64,000 nt of DNA from Dictyostelium discoideum (GCA_000004695.1 CM000152.2:5248001-5312000); one strand, 5' to 3'; shown: positions 13,001-28,042, counted from the first letter of the stretch. The notes: generated by a model from the letters alone, not told the origin. Numbers and translations: made by a program.

Positions 13001-16000
13001 ATTTTAATATTTCTAATGTTGCTAAACCAATACCACCTGTTGCTGAGTGAATTAAAATGACTTCATCATCATCGATATTAAAATTACCAATGTTGAACAT
13101 ACCATGAAGACATGTTGAAAAAATGATTGGTAATGACGCTGCTTCAATATGACTAATATTATTTGGTTTATGTGAAACATAAAGTACATCAGTTATAACA
13201 TGAGATGCAGTTGCATCGTGTGATACACCAAAAACATTATCGCCTACTTTAAATTCACAATTTTTATTTTCATCAGATATTCTTGTGATAATACCTGAAA
13301 ATTCGAGACCAAGTGGATTTTTAGATATTGATACATTTTCATCAATAACAACTAAACCACGATAAATTAAATAATCTTTATAATTAATACCTGTTGCTAA
13401 AACTTTGACTTCAATTTCATTCTTTTTTAATTTCTTTGGTTTTGATGCTAATTTATATTCTAAATTTGTTGAATCTAAGAGTGTCATAAAATCATTATCT
13501 TCGAATGAATTTGAATTGAAGTTTGATTTTATATTCTTTTCATTCTTTAATATTTCATAATAAATTGAATTATTTCTAATTATATATTCTCTTTGAATAT
13601 GGTTATTTGAATTTTCAATCAATTGATTAATGATTTTATTTAATAATGATGATATCGATAATTGATTATCAAAATCGATTGAATATAGATTTAAACTTGG
13701 AAATTCATTAAAGTATCTTGATGCACCTATTATTGATGATGATAAATAGTTTTTGATTTGTGAATCAATAGTAATTAATACATGTTTACATGTTAAACTA
13801 TGTTTTAAAAGTTGTTGATTAATTTCAATATATTCCATTGTAATTTGTTTGAAATTATTCATTTCTAATTGTTCCATTGATTTAATAAAGTAAATTATTG
13901 AATCATTTGTTATTGAAGGTAATAGTTGATTAAATTCATTAATATTTGATATTGTTGTTTGTTTGCGATTGGTATGATTATTTGAAATTAATTTCTTAAA
14001 TTCATTTGTATATTTTGAATGTTTTTCACAATAAATGATAATATTATCATTTTTATTGTTTGGAACAACTGTTAATTCATTTGATAATATTGTAGATTTT
14101 TGTGATTGTATTACTTTGTTCGATTTCTGAATTTTGTTCTCATTAAAACCTACACCGATTAAATTATTGATATTAAATCGGATACCAATATCATCTTCAA
14201 TTATTAATAATAATAATCCATTTGAAGAAAGAATATTAAATATTGGTTTGATGATTGTTTCATCATTATTATTATTAATGATAATATCATAGTATGATGG
14301 TTTTAACTGGGTTATATCATTTTTAAAGATTAAACTTGAATCGTGTAAAGTTGGAAGTTTATCATTTGAATTATCAATAATTGTAAATTCTATATCGATT
14401 TCTTGTAAACTATTATCGAAAATTTGATTTAATGCTTCAATGATTTGTTTTGATAGTTCTGAATCTGAAAATGATTGTAAAATTCTAAAAACAATCTTTT
14501 CATTTATTATTGGTTTGATTGTTTGTTTAATAATTTCTGTAACTGTGTTGCTGCTGCCACTGCTGCTAGAAGTTTCATTATTATCAATGGATAAAATATT
14601 AACTAATGAATCTTTACATTGTAAATTATTTGTAAATAGTTCATTTGTAGGATTATTAAGTAATAATTCATCAATCAATGGAAGAGTTGAACGGAATGAT
14701 ATATGTTCTATTTCTAATAACTTTGTACCATCTTCTAATAAAACTAAAACTGATGATTTATAGCTATCTGCTTCCAAGGAGATGAATTTTGCTTGACAAT
14801 AGATATTCTTATATTTTAATTTGTCAGTTGGTATATTTTCAGAATAAACTTTTAAACCTTCAAGTCTTTCAAATACAAACTGGCTTGAATTTGTAATGAA
14901 TCCAGTGATGGCTTGTATACAGTTATCTAATAGCGCTATATTGAAAAATGATTTGTCAAATGTTTGATAAACAGGTTTACCATTGATATCAAAGTTTTCG
15001 TAGTTTATTTGTATTCTTGCAATTGTAAGATCATTGCCAAAGTGAAATTCTTCAATTCCTTGGAAAGTTCCTAAATGAGTGATACCTGATCTTAATTTAG
15101 AGTACTTATAAACTTCTTGTTTGGAAAGGGTAGTAAAATTACATTCTGATAGCAATTGATTTATATTATATTTAGATGAGTGATTATTATTATTATTATT
15201 ATTATTATCTTTTAATGATATAAGTTGAAAGTTACCAGTACATGTTTGAACCCATTGATTTGCTTTATTGTCTTTTATGTTGAATGTAACTCTATAATCA
15301 GTGTTACCTAATTGATAAACGTTGGTTTGTAAAATATGTTTGACATTTTCTTTTAAAACAAATGGTGCTAAAAATTCCAAGTTATTAATTACAATATCTT
15401 TATTTGGGTAAAGTTTCATAATATTATCAGCATATCCAATACCTGGGAAGTAATATTTTCCTTTTACAATATGGTCTTTTAAATATTTGAATGGATTTCT
15501 ATTTATATCGATTATTGATTCATATGATTTGTTATTTGATGAATAGTTAATCATTGATTTACCTAAGTTGTTGAAAACGTTTGGTCCATTTAATCTATAT
15601 TGTTCAAAGTTAATATCAACTTTCCAATAGTATTGTTCATCGAATTGATAGTTTGGTAAAATTATAGTGCTATTGTTTCTAATGGAATTGACATCATCAT
15701 CATTGTGATTGAATTGGCATTTAAAGTTTATATCATAACCTAAACAATAAATTTGTGAAATTGTTGAATGAATTTCATCTAAATCATTGGAGTTCTTTTT
15801 GTTTGTTGATGTTAATACTGAAACTGAATTAAAGTAACTTGATGATTTTGGTATCATTTGTTTTAAATAAAATGATAAACTTGGATGTGGTGAAACTTCA
15901 ATAAATATTAATTCATTACCAAGTTTATTATTTTCAATGTGTTGATATAAATTTGAAATAGTTTGAGAGAATCTGACAGGTTGTATTATATTTTCATAAA

Positions 16001-17275
16001 CATAACTTGAATTGAATGGAGTAGTTTCATGATTAAATAAATTAGTTGTAACTGTTGAAAATGTTGGAATTGTTGATTGTCTTGATGGTATTTCTAATGG
16101 TAAAATTTCATTTTTGGTTGAGTTTTGGCTACTTGTGTGGAATGATGATAATGAACCTAAAAATGCGCAAAAGATATTATTTTCTTTTAAGTCTAATGAT
16201 ATCTCTTTTAAAATATTTTCATTACCTGCAATTACAATTGATGTTGGTGAATTATAGCATGCAACTTCAATTGTTGGATATTTATTTGAATAAAGTTCAA
16301 TAAATTCTGAATGACTGATATTGACTGATAACATTTTACCACATCCATTTGTATTATTTTGAGAAATTGATCTGTGGTAAATTAATTTACAAACTGTTTG
16401 GAAATCTACCATACCTGAACAATATGATGTTGCTATTTCACCTAAACTATGACCAACAATGAATGATACATTGATACCCCAATGTTTGTATAGTTCAAAT
16501 AATGATATTTGTAACATTAATATCGATGGTTGAGCGATTATTGGTTGATGGATTGATATAATGTCATCATCTTTAATTGATCTTAATTTATCTAAAACTG
16601 AGTATCCATAGTATTTACTTAACTCTTTATTGAATTTGTCCATCGATGATCTGAATATTGGTTCACATTCATAAAGTTGTTGAGCCATTTTATTCCATTG
16701 TGAACCTTGACCTCCGAAAACAATAACAATCAATGGTTGATTTCTTTTAATTGTAATATTTGAGGATTTGTCATTGCTTGTTTTAAAGTACTTGTTTTTA
16801 GTTTTTAATTGATCCCAATTACTTGAAATTAAAACTGATCTTTGATATAGTTTCTTTGATTTTGAATAAATTTGATTCTTAACAAACTCTTTGAATGAAT
16901 TTGTAGAAAGATTATTATCATTTATTATTAAGTCTTCATAATTTTTTAATGATTTTACTGAATTGGCTGAAAATGGTATTAAAAATATTTGTTGTTGCGA
17001 TTCAATTGGATAACTAGGGTTATTACCATTTAGACTGATTGAGTGTTCAATAAATTGTGATAAAATTAAACAACAATTTGAGCCAGTTACACCAAAGTTA
17101 TTAATAACCATTGATACTGGTTTTTCATTAATATTTGTAAATGGTATTGCTTCTGTTACAACTTTAATATTCCAATCTTTAAAGTTAATCTTTGGATTTG
17201 GTTGATCAAAATTAACATTTGGTGCATAATGTTTATTTTTAAACATTAAACAACATTTGATTAATGATGCAACAC
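10026..17275 (-). CDS. pksA exon 2: type I iterative/reducing polyketide synthase, C-terminal 2415 codons (AT-DH-ER-KR-ACP-terminal reductase)
   Basis: Acceptor attAG|gt at 17277-17276 joins ...HCEAASG to [16 protein letters not shown], the conserved end of the KS domain. Motifs seen are AT GHSLGE ([17 protein letters not shown]), DH HxxxGxxxxP ([17 protein letters not shown]), ER NADPH site ([21 protein letters not shown]), KR Rossmann ([17 protein letters not shown]), ACP ([17 protein letters not shown]) and a C-terminal TGxxGxxG reductase/epimerase fold ([15 protein letters not shown]). Stop at 10026. Confidence 0.85.
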
Positions 17276-17366
17276 CTAATATTAATATTAATATTTATAA
17301 AAAAAAGAGTTAAAAATTAATATATATATTTTTTTTTTATATGGTTTATAAATGGTTATAGCTTAC

Positions 17367-18453
17367 CACTTGCAGCTTCACAATGACCAATATTAGATTT
17401 GAGTGATCCAATGAGTAATGGTTTAGATGGTGTTGATGTTGTTGATGAATTTAGAGCCATTGATACACCTTCTACTTCAATTGGATCACCTGTTGGTGTT
17501 CCTGTACCATGACATTCTACGAAACTAATATCTGATGCTTTCATATTTGCACTTTTCAATGCTAATTTGATATTATCAGATTGTGATTGTTTGGATGGTG
17601 AATAAAAGTTTGATTTATCATTTAAACCACCTCCATCGACATTTGAACTAAATGAATTAATTACACAATAAATATTATTACCATCTCTAATTGCGTCTGA
17701 TAATGGTTTTAAAATTACAATACCACAACTCTCTGCACGAATGTAACCATCTGCTTCTGAATCAAATGGTTTACATTTACCTTTTTTACTTAACATATTT
17801 AAAAATGAAAATGATTTTGAAACGTATGGATCAAGTAATAAACTGGCACCACCCACAATTGATAGATTTGAAGTACCATTTTGAATTGATTGAAAACCCA
17901 TTGTAATTGAATTCAATGATGAAGAACATGCTGTATCAATTGTCATTGATGGACCTCTGATATCATATGAAAATGATAATCTATTTGAAATGGTATGAAG
18001 AACATTTGATGCGAAATAATTTTCAGATGTTTCATTAAAGTCTCTATTTGTTGTTGAATAATCTAATGTTGAGCAACCAATGAAACAAGATGTATTTGAA
18101 CCTCTAATATCGATTGGATCGATGAATGCATCTTCTAATGCTTCCCATGTACACTTTAATAGTAATCTTGTTTGTGGATCCATTAGGGGTACTTCTGATG
18201 GATTGATTGCGAAATGAACTGGATCGAAATCACTCCATTCTTTTAATGGTAATAATCCACCAAATTTATTATTAACTTCACCGAGTAAATTGATATTGTC
18301 ACTCCATCTTTCTGATGTTTCAACAATACCACTGAATCCATTCTTTAAATTATTCCATAAATGTGAAACACTACCATTATTAATTGATTCTTTACCTTGT
18401 GGAATTCTAAATCCAATACCTACAATGGCAATTTCTTTATTTCCAAATTCCAT
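17367..18453 (-). CDS. pksA exon 1: ketosynthase (KS) domain N-terminal part
   Basis: ATG at 18453-18451 ([18 protein letters not shown]). KS motifs are DTACSSS (active Cys), [13 protein letters not shown] and [10 protein letters not shown]. The exon ends ...AGT G|GTAAGC (donor 17366-17361, phase 1) with a 91-nt intron. In this copy [12 protein letters not shown] is contiguous, so it lacks the KS intron found in pksB and pksC. Confidence 0.85.
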
Positions 18454-18989
18454 TTTCTTTTAATACACTAAAAACATTGATTCCAATAGTTGCTGATTAC
18501 ATAACGAAGGGAATGAGAGTGGACAATTAATTTTTAATCTTTTTATTTAAAAATATGGTGCTTTTTTGTTTTGTAAGGAATGTTAGAAATTATTACTATT
18601 TATTTATTTATTTTTATTTATATTTTAATATTATTACCATAAACACTTGTGTAAATAAATACATACATATAAATTATTTTTGTTAATTTTTTAAAAAGAA
18701 AAAAAAAAATTTTAAAAAAAAAAATTTAAAAAAAAAATGAAAAAAGAAAAAAAGAAAAAAATTATTAATAAAAAAAAAAAAAAAAAATAGAAAAAATATT
18801 ATTTAATAATAATTTAGTGGTGGTTTAAAACAATATATTTAATTTTATACTATATGATTGTTTAAAACAATTTGGAAATTATATTCTTTAATTTTTGGTT
18901 AATTTTTTTTTTTTTTTTTTTATCTTATTTTTTTTTTTTTTATAATTATTCTAATTAATTTAATATTATGATTTAAAAATAAAAAATTA

Positions 18990-19100
18990 ATATTTGAAAA
19001 GTGATTGGTGGTAAAAAAAAAAAAAAGTGATTGGTGGTAAAAAAAACTTACTTAACTTTTTTTTTTTTTCTTTTTTACCACCAATCTCTTTTCATATATT
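18990..19100. repeat. Direct repeat gtgattggtggtaaaaaaa x2 followed by inverted copy ttaccaccaatc (short hairpin-capable element).
   Basis: Read directly at 19000-19090. Confidence 0.6.
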
Positions 19101-19199
19101 AATTTTATATTTTTAAATCATAATATTAAATTAAAAAAAAATAAATTTATTTGCACAGAAAACTTAACAAAATATTAAAATATAATAAATAAAATTTAA

Positions 19200-19640
19200 T
19201 TTTAATAAAAGCTGTTAGTTCTTTTTTTAAATTAATAAATTTTATTAAAAAATAAGATAAAAATTAAAAAAAAAAAAAAAAATATATATTCAAAAATTAA
19301 ACTTATTTTATAATTAAAAAAAAAAAACATATTTTATTAAAATATAATTAATACTAAAAAATAAGATAATATAGGAATGTTAAAAATTAATTAAATAATA
19401 AATATTTAAAATTTATTATTTAATAAAAATTATTAAAAAATAAGATTTATTATAAAAATGTAACTTTAAAAAAAAAAATAATAAAATATATTGAAAAATA
19501 AGATGTATAATAAAAAAAAAAAATTTAAACATTTTATAATTTTAGATTTTATTATTAAACATCTTTAAAAATAAGATAAAAAATTCGTATGATAAATTTT
19601 AATAATTATAATCTTCTTTTGTTGGCTATAAAAGTAAGTT
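19200..19640. repeat. Degenerate tandem array (~60-110-bp spacing) of a unit containing catattttattaaaat...aaaaataagat; same family as 36600-37150 but inverted
   Basis: The core aaaaataagat recurs at roughly 19250, 19363, 19440, 19497 and 19570. The reverse-complement core atcttatttttt recurs at 36670-37105. Confidence 0.55.
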
Positions 19641-19974
19641 TTTAATTTTATTTTTATATTTAATAATATCTATTATTGTTTCGTTTTAATTTATTTTTAT
19701 TTTTTTTAATTTTTGTTTTTATAATTATACAATATCTATTATTATTATTTTTAATTTTTATTTTTATATCTATTATTAATTCATTTTAATTTTTTTTTTT
19801 TTTTTTAATTTTTATTTTTATTATAATGTAAAAAATTATGGTCACCCAAGTAGAAAATTAAAAGAAATAAATTTGTAAAAAAAAAGAAGCATTATTTTAT
19901 AATTCTTTATCTCTTTCTTTTAAAATAGTACCTTTTGTTCTTTTAATTTTTATTTTTTTCACGTAACAATGATA

Positions 19975-20115
19975 GTTCTAATTACGTTTGTGTTGGCATT
20001 CTTAATTTCCAAGTTACGTTCAATTTGAGAAATGTTTCAGTCTTGAAACAGAAAATCATTTAAACCATTGCCTTGTAACCCTTACCAAAGGCAGAGAAGA
20101 AAACATTAATTACTC
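19975..20115. other. GC-richer (~40% GC) island in A/T desert; candidate small ncRNA or transposon relic.
   Basis: acgtaacaatgatagttctaattacg...tgtttcagtcttgaaacag (local stem gtttcag/ctgaaac)...ccttaccaaaggcagagaag has a composition unlike the surrounding >85% A/T sequence. There is no ORF. Confidence 0.2.
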
Positions 20116-20477
20116 TTCAAGAATGGGTCAAAAATAGATATAATGTAAATTATTTATGTATTATTCAATATACTAATTTTTAAAAAAAAAATATCATTTT
20201 TTATACTAATTAAAAACTAATATCATTTTTTTTCTCCATATTATATATTTTTTATTATTTTATATATTAAATATATTATAATATAAAAATATTATATTAA
20301 TTTTTAACAATTTTCTTTGGGCTCTATAAAGCTCCCCACAAAACCATTTCCAAGTCAATCTCCTGCTGATTCTGCTGGTAAATGAATCAGATTCCGATTT
20401 AAATTAACCAAGCAATAAATTTTTTTTTTTTTATTATCAACTGTCTCATCAACTTCCAACAACAATTTCCTCCATTA

Positions 20478-20610
20478 TTTGTATCATTATTGTATCATCA
20501 CTGTTTCATTATAATAAATAATAATAATAAAATTTTCCAATATTTTTTTTTATTATTTATTATAATGAAACGGTAATGATACAATAATGATGAAACAGTA
20601 ATGATACAAT
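20478..20610. repeat. Imperfect long palindrome (arms ~55 bp, spacer ~12 bp) with the potential to form a hairpin.
   Basis: The left arm is tttgtatcattattgtatcatcactgtttcattataataaataataat. The right arm attatttattataatgaaacggtaatgatacaataatgatgaaacagtaatgatacaa is its reverse complement plus one extra gaaaca(g)taatgatac subunit. Confidence 0.6.
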
Positions 20611-20802
20611 TATCAATCAATAATCATATCTTAGTTAAACTAATTAATTTTTATAATAATTCATAATATTTGTAAATATTAAATTAAAAAAAAAAAAAAA
20701 AAAAAAAATAATTTAAAAATAAATATGGATAATAAAAATTTAGGTGGTGTAAAAAAGGTGCTTTGGATTTTAAGAAAAATGAAAAAACTAAGATTTGTTT
20801 AT

Positions 20803-23800
20803 TTAATTTTTAAAAATATAGTTTATATGATTTTGAATCATTTTTTCATTGACCATTCCTCCTTCATATGAGTTCATTGATTGTAATAATTCTTTAGTTT
20901 TCTTTGAAACTCCAAATCCATGACCCAAGTTATAAATGTTATATAAATCATCTAATGAATGGAATGTTTTTAATTTTATACATGATAGAATCTTTGATTG
21001 ATTAATGATATTCTTCCATTGTTCATATTCAACCATTTCACATCCATATTGCTTTTCCAAGAATGAGAATGAAGGGTTCATTGCTGAAACTTCACTATTT
21101 AAACTATAGATATTTAATTGATTTGAAGATGATTTATTCCAACATTTTTCATTTCCAATCATTTTAATTGTATTTAAACCTATCCAACCAATTGGTGATG
21201 TTAATATGTTTTTATCAATTTTTGGATACTTTTTAACTGCATAACATGATTGAATGATTAACTGCAAGAAATCAGAATCATGACCAATACCTGTTTCTTC
21301 ATGTGAGAATATAATTGGTGGTCTAATTAACATTGATGGAATACCTCTTTTTGCTGCTTCTCTAAATAAATTTTCAACAACTACTTTACTTTTCATATAA
21401 CCACCTGGTAAATTATTAATATTTTCAATTGTTGGTATTACTGTTTCTTCATCAAATTCTTTACAATTTGGTGCATTAAAGAATACTGATATTGAACTAA
21501 ATCCTACGATTGGTTTTTGATAATCACCAGTTGTTGAAAGTTTAATTAATTCAATGAAACCACCAATATTTACAACTTTACTCTCTTCATAATTTGATGC
21601 CAAATTAATATCGGCACCTGAATTAATTATTAAATTGATTTGATTTGAAATATAATCAAAATCTAATTTTGATAATCCTAATAATGGTGATGCTAAATTA
21701 CCAACTATAACTTTAACTTTTGATAATTCAAATTCATTGTGAAGTTGATATAGTTTATGATGTTTCAAATTATTAATTATTGCATTGATTGGATTTGATT
21801 CTGATTTTTTATTTCTAATTAAACAATATACAACTGAACAATTTGGTGATTTAATTAAGTTTGATAATAAATGAACACCTAAAAATCCTGTTGCGCCTGT
21901 TAAAAATACTTTTGAATCATTTCTAAAATCAATTGGATTCATTTTAATTGCTTGAATTGATTCATCTAATTTCATTTCATTTCTCCAATATTCTAAAGTT
22001 GGTGCTGAATCTTTTTTAATAATATATTTTGATTTTCCTTTAGTTTCATTTGAATCTAGTTTTTTGATTTGTTCTAAAATAATTTGAATATTTACTCCAA
22101 TTGTATTATTTTGTAATTGTTGAAGTGTAATTACATTTGATTTATTTTCTTTATCAATGAAATTCTTTAGTTGTACTGAAGTTAATGAATCTGCTCCATA
22201 ATCACTTAAACGAATATCTGTGTTGATCTTTGATTGTTCAATTGATAAGAGTTCTGAAATTTTATATAAAAATTTCATTTGGATACTTTCTGATATACTA
22301 ATATTTTCACCACCATTACTGTCATTATCTTTTTCTTTGATTGAATTTAAAATGAAATCTAATTTTTGGAAAGTTGATGTTTCTGATGCGAATTTCTTAA
22401 TTGAATCATAGTTAAATTTACTAACAATTAAATTTGAGTATTTATTTGAATTTTGAAGTTGTAAATCTAATGAACCTAAAATTATATTTGTTGGAATTGG
22501 AATGAAACCTTGATCATCTAACATTTTTGAAACTGAATCATTTCTTGATACGAAACCTGATGATTTAATTGTTCCCCAATTTGTGCATGTTGATGGTAAA
22601 CCAATTGATTTACGATATCTTGATAATGAATCTAATACTAAATTTGCAGAAACATAACTACATTGGTTGAATGAGCCAAATAATGATGCAATCGATGATG
22701 CCATAACAAATTGTTTTAATTTCCATGATTTCTCAATTGAAATTTCATGTAAATTAATTGCACCCATCGTTTTAGCATTATGTGAAATATTTAATGATTC
22801 AATATCGATTTCTTCTACTTCTTTAGTTACTTGAGTGAATGCATAATGGAATATTGAATCAATGTTATCAATGGTTGGATTTTCTAATAAAATTTGATTA
22901 ATTGATTTTCTCATTTCAATTGGATCACCAACATCCACACTATTGAAATGGAATTTAGTGTTATTATCCTTTCTTGATATTGTTTTATTGATTAATAGTT
23001 CTAACTCCCATTTTAATGATGATTTTGATAAAATGATAATGTTTTCAAGTGATCCTGTTGGAGGTTTTGAAGGTGAATATTTAATTAGCCATTTTAAGAT
23101 TTCTAAAATAATACCTGATTGACCTGTAATAATTATATTTTTACCAATTGTATTTATTGTATCGATATTAAAATCATATTTTAATATTGTGTGATTCTTT
23201 TCATTGTTATCTGATTCAATGAGTTGATTTAATAATCCATCACTACCGATACTACCATTTGAACAACTATGATCTAATACAATTTTACCAATATGTTTTC
23301 TTTGATTAATATATTCAATTGCTTCTTTGACATCTTCAATCTGGAATGTTGTTATTGGAATTAGTTTTAATTTATTTTCATTTAAAGCATTTGAAATGGA
23401 TTTTAATAATCTTGAAACTACTTTTTTATTAATATGCATAAATTCAATATTATGATAACTCTTGTTGAATTTGAAATTGTTGAAATTTAAAAATTCATTA
23501 TTATTTAAATGGGTGATTGAGAGATCAATGATTTTACCTCTTTCTTTTAAACATAAAAAGTTTGAATGTGTAAATTCATTTGGTAATGTATTTATAATTA
23601 AATCTACTCCGTTGAATTTACCAGTTGTACCATAAAGTTGATTTAATTTTGATTTGATTTCATTGACATAGTTTTTATTTCTTGATGAGTAAATTCCAGT
23701 TATGAATGATCCATAATTATCAATTAAATATTGTTCTTTATCTTTTGAACCTACTGTGACGAAAACTGGTGATTTATGACCTTTCCATTTTAGTATTTCC

Positions 23801-26800
23801 AATGCTGCTAAACCAATACCACCTGTTGCTGAGTGAATTAAAATTACTTCATCATCATCGATATTAAAATTACCAATGTTGAACATACCATGAAGACATG
23901 TTGAAAAAATGATTGGTAATGATGCTGCTTCAATATGACTAATATTATTCGGTTTATGTGAAATCCAAAATGCATCAGTTATAACATGAGATGCAGTTGA
24001 ATCGTGTGATACACCAAATACATTATCGCCTACTTTAAATTCACAATTTTGATTTTCATCAGATATTCTTGTGATAATACCTGAAAATTCGAGACCAAGT
24101 GGATTTTTAGATATTGATATATTTTCATCAATAATGACTAAACCACGATAAATTAAATAATCTTTATAATTAATACCTGTTGCTAAAACTTTGACTTCAA
24201 TTTCATTCTTTTTTAATTTCTTTGGTTTTGATGCTAATTTATATTCTAAATTTGTTGAATCTAAGAGTGTCATAAAATCATTATCTTCGAATGAATTTGA
24301 ATTGAAGTTTGATTTTATATTCTTTTCATTCTTTAATATTTCATAATAAATTGAATTATTTCTAATTATATATTCTCTTTGAATATGGTTATTTGAATTT
24401 TCAATCAATTGATTAATGATTTTATTTAATAATGATGATACTGATAATTGATTATCAAAATCGATTGAATATAGATTTAAACTTGGAAATTCATTAAAGT
24501 ATCTTGCTGTACCTATTATTGATGATGATAAATAGTTTTTGATTTGTGAATCAATAGTAATTAATACATGTTTACATGTTAAACTATGTTTTAAAAGTTG
24601 TTGATTAATTTCAATATATTCCATTGTAATTTGTTTGAAATTATTCATTTCTAATTGTTCCATTGATTTAATAAAGTAAATTATTGAATCATTTGTTATT
24701 GAAGGTAATAGTTGATTAAATTCATTACTATTCGATATTATTTGCTTGGAATTGGTATGATTATTTGAAATTAATTTCATAAATTCATTTGTATATTTTG
24801 AATGTTTTTCACAATAAATGATAATATTATCATTTTTATTGTTTGGAACAACTGTTAATTCATTTGATAATATTGTTGATTTTTGTGATTGTATTACTTT
24901 ATTTGAATTTTGAATTTTGTTTTCATTAAAACCTACATTGATTAAATTATTGATATTAAATTGAATACCAATATCATCTCCAACTATTAATAATAGTCCA
25001 TTTGAAGAAAGAATATTAAATATTGATTTGATGATTGTTTCATCATCACCATCATTATTATTATTAATGATAATATCATAGTATGATGGTTTTAACTGGG
25101 TTATATCATTTTTAAAGATTAAACTTGAATCGTGTAAAGTTGGAAGTTTATCATTTGAATTATCAATGATTGTAAATTCAATATCGATTTCTTGTAAACT
25201 ATTATCATCGAAAATTTGATTTAATGCTCCAATGATTTGTTTTGATAATTCTAAATCTGAAAATGATTGTAAAATTCTAAAAATAATTTTTTCATTAATA
25301 ATTGGTTTGATTGTTTGTTTAATAATTTCTGTAACTGTATTGCTGCTGCTGCTGCTAAAAGTTTGATTATTATCAATGGATAAAATATTAACTAATGAAT
25401 CTTTACATTGTAAGTTATTTGTAAATAATTCAGTTGTAGGATTATTAATTAATAATTCATCAATCAATGGAAGAGTTGAATGGAATGATAAATGTTCTAT
25501 TTCCAATAACTTTGTACCATCTTCTAATAAAACTAAAACTGATGATATATAGCTATCTGATTCCAAGGAGATGAATTTTGATTGACAATAGATATTTTTA
25601 TATTTTAATTTGTCAGTTGGTATATTTTCAGAATAAACTTTTAAACCTTCAAGTCTTTCAAATACAAACTGGCTTGAATTTGTAATGAATCCAATAATGG
25701 CTTGTGCGCAATTATCTAATAGCGCTGTATTGAAAAATGATTTGTCAAATGTTTGATAAACAGGTTTACCATTGATATCAAAGTTTTCGTAGTTTATTTG
25801 TATTCTTGCAATTGTAAGATCATTGCCAAAGTGAAATTCTTCAATTCCTTGGAAAGTTCCTAAATGAGTGATACCTGATCTTAATTTAATGTACTTGTAT
25901 GCATCTTGTTTTGAAAGAGTTGTAAAATAACATTCTGATAGTAATTGATTTATATCATATTTTGATGAGTTATGATCTTTTAATGATATAAGTTGAAAGT
26001 TACCAGTACATGTTTGAACCCATTGATTTGTTTTATTATCTTTTATGTTGAATGTGACTCTATAATCAGTGTTACCTAATTGATAAACGTTGGTTTGTAA
26101 AGTATGTTTGACATTTTCTTTTAAAACAAATGGTGCTAAAAATTCCAAGTTATTAATTACAATATCTTGATTTGGGTAAAGTTTCATAATATTATCAGCA
26201 TATCCAATACCTGGGAAGTAATATTTTCCTTTTACAATATGGTCTTTTAAATATTTGAATGGATTTCTATTTATATCGATTATTGATTCATATGATTTGT
26301 TATTTGATGAATAGTTAATCATTGATTTACCTAAGTTGTTGAAAACGTTTGGTCCATTTAATCTATATTGTTCAAAGTTAATATCAACTTTCCAATAGTG
26401 TTGTTCGTCGAATTGATAGTTTGGTAAACTGATATTGACCTTGCTGTTTCTAATGGAACTGACATCATCATTGTGATTGAATTGACACTTGAAGTTTACA
26501 TCATAACCTAAACAATAAATTTGTGAAATTGTTGAATGAACTTCATCTAAATCATTGGAGTTTTTTTTGTTTGTTGATGTTAATACTGAAACTGAATTAA
26601 AGTAACTTGATGATTTTGGTATCATTTGTTTTAAATAAAATGATAAACTTGGATGTGGTGAAACTTCAATAAATATTAATTCATTACCAAGTTTATTATT
26701 TTCAATGTGTTGATATAAATTTGAAATAGTTTGAGAGAATCTGACAGGTTGTATTATATTTTCATAAACATAACTTGAATTGAATGGAGTAGTTTCATGA

Positions 26801-28042
26801 TTAAATAAATTGGTTGTAACTGTTGAAAATGTTGGAATTGTTGATTGTCTTGATGGTATATCTAATGGTAAAATTTCATTTTTAGTTGAATGTTGACTAC
26901 TTGTGTGGAATGATGATAATGAACCTAAAAATGCACAAAAGATATTATTTTCTTTTAAATCTAATGATATCTCTTTTAAAATATTTTCATTACCTGCAAT
27001 TACAATTGATGTTGGTGAATTATAACATGCAACTTCAATTGTTGGATATTTATTTGAATAAAGTTCAATAAATTCTGAATGACTGATATTGACTGATAAC
27101 ATTTTACCACAACCGTTTGTATTATTTTGAGAAATTGATCTGTGGTAAATTAATTTGCAAACTGTTTGGAAATCTACCATACCTGAACAATATGATGTTG
27201 CGATTTCACCTAAACTATGACCAACAATGAATGATACATTGATACCCCAATGTTTGTATAGTTCAAATAATGATATTTGTAACATTAATATTGATGGTTG
27301 AGCGATTATTGGTTGATGTATTGATATAATATCATCATCTTTAATTGATCTTAATTTATCTAAAACTGAGTATCCATAGTATTTACTTAACTCTTTATTG
27401 AATTTATCCATCGATGATCGGAATATTGGTTCACATTCATAAAGTTGTTGAGCCATTTTATTCCATTGTGAACCTTGACCTCCGAAAACAATAACAACTA
27501 ATGGTTGATTTCTTTTAATAGTAATATTTGAGGATTTGTCATTATTTGTTTTAAAGTACTTGTTTTTAGTTTTTAATTGATCCCAATTAATTGAAATTAA
27601 AACTGATCTTTGATATAATTTCTTTGATTTTGAGTAAATTTGATTCTTAACAAACTCTTTGAATGAATTTGTAGAAAGATTATTATCATTTATTATTAAG
27701 TCTTCATAATTTTTTAATGATTTTACTGAATTGGCTGAAAATGGTATTAAAAATCTTTGTTGTTGTTGTGATTCAATTGGATAACTAGGGTTATTACCAT
27801 TTTGATTGATTGTTCAATAAACTGTGATAAAACTAAACAACAATTTGAACCAGTTACACCAAAGTTATTAATAACCATTGATACTGGTTTTTCATTAATA
27901 TTTGTAAATGGTATTGCTTCTGTTACAACTTTAATATTCCAATCTTTAAAGTTAATCTTTGGATTTGGTTGATCAAAATTAACATTTGGTGCATAATGTT
28001 TATTTTTAAACATTAAACAACATTTGATTAATGATCCAACAC
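20803..28042 (-). pseudogene. pksB exon 3 (AT-DH-ER-KR-ACP-reductase), carrying a frameshift about 45 codons in that leads to a premature stop; probable PKS pseudogene, or a sequencing error in a 4-bp repeat.
   Basis: Acceptor tttcAG|gt at 28044-28043, joining AASG to [16 protein letters not shown]. The frame stops at 27747 (…[26 protein letters not shown]). pksC has gaacaatcaATCAatcaaaatggtaat (3x GATT units at 44541-44553), whereas pksB has gaacaatcaatcaaaatggtaat (2 units at 27803-27814). This 4-bp contraction shifts translation into the frame that then stays open for 2217 codons ([10 protein letters not shown]... is in-frame far upstream of its first Met). No GT...AG intron with a compensating phase is available. 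Confidence 0.5.

Noticed and set aside
27747-28013. 88-aa ORF upstream of the 2217-aa pksB ORF
   Set aside because: It is not a separate gene. It is the beginning of pksB exon 3, terminated by the GATT-contraction frameshift.
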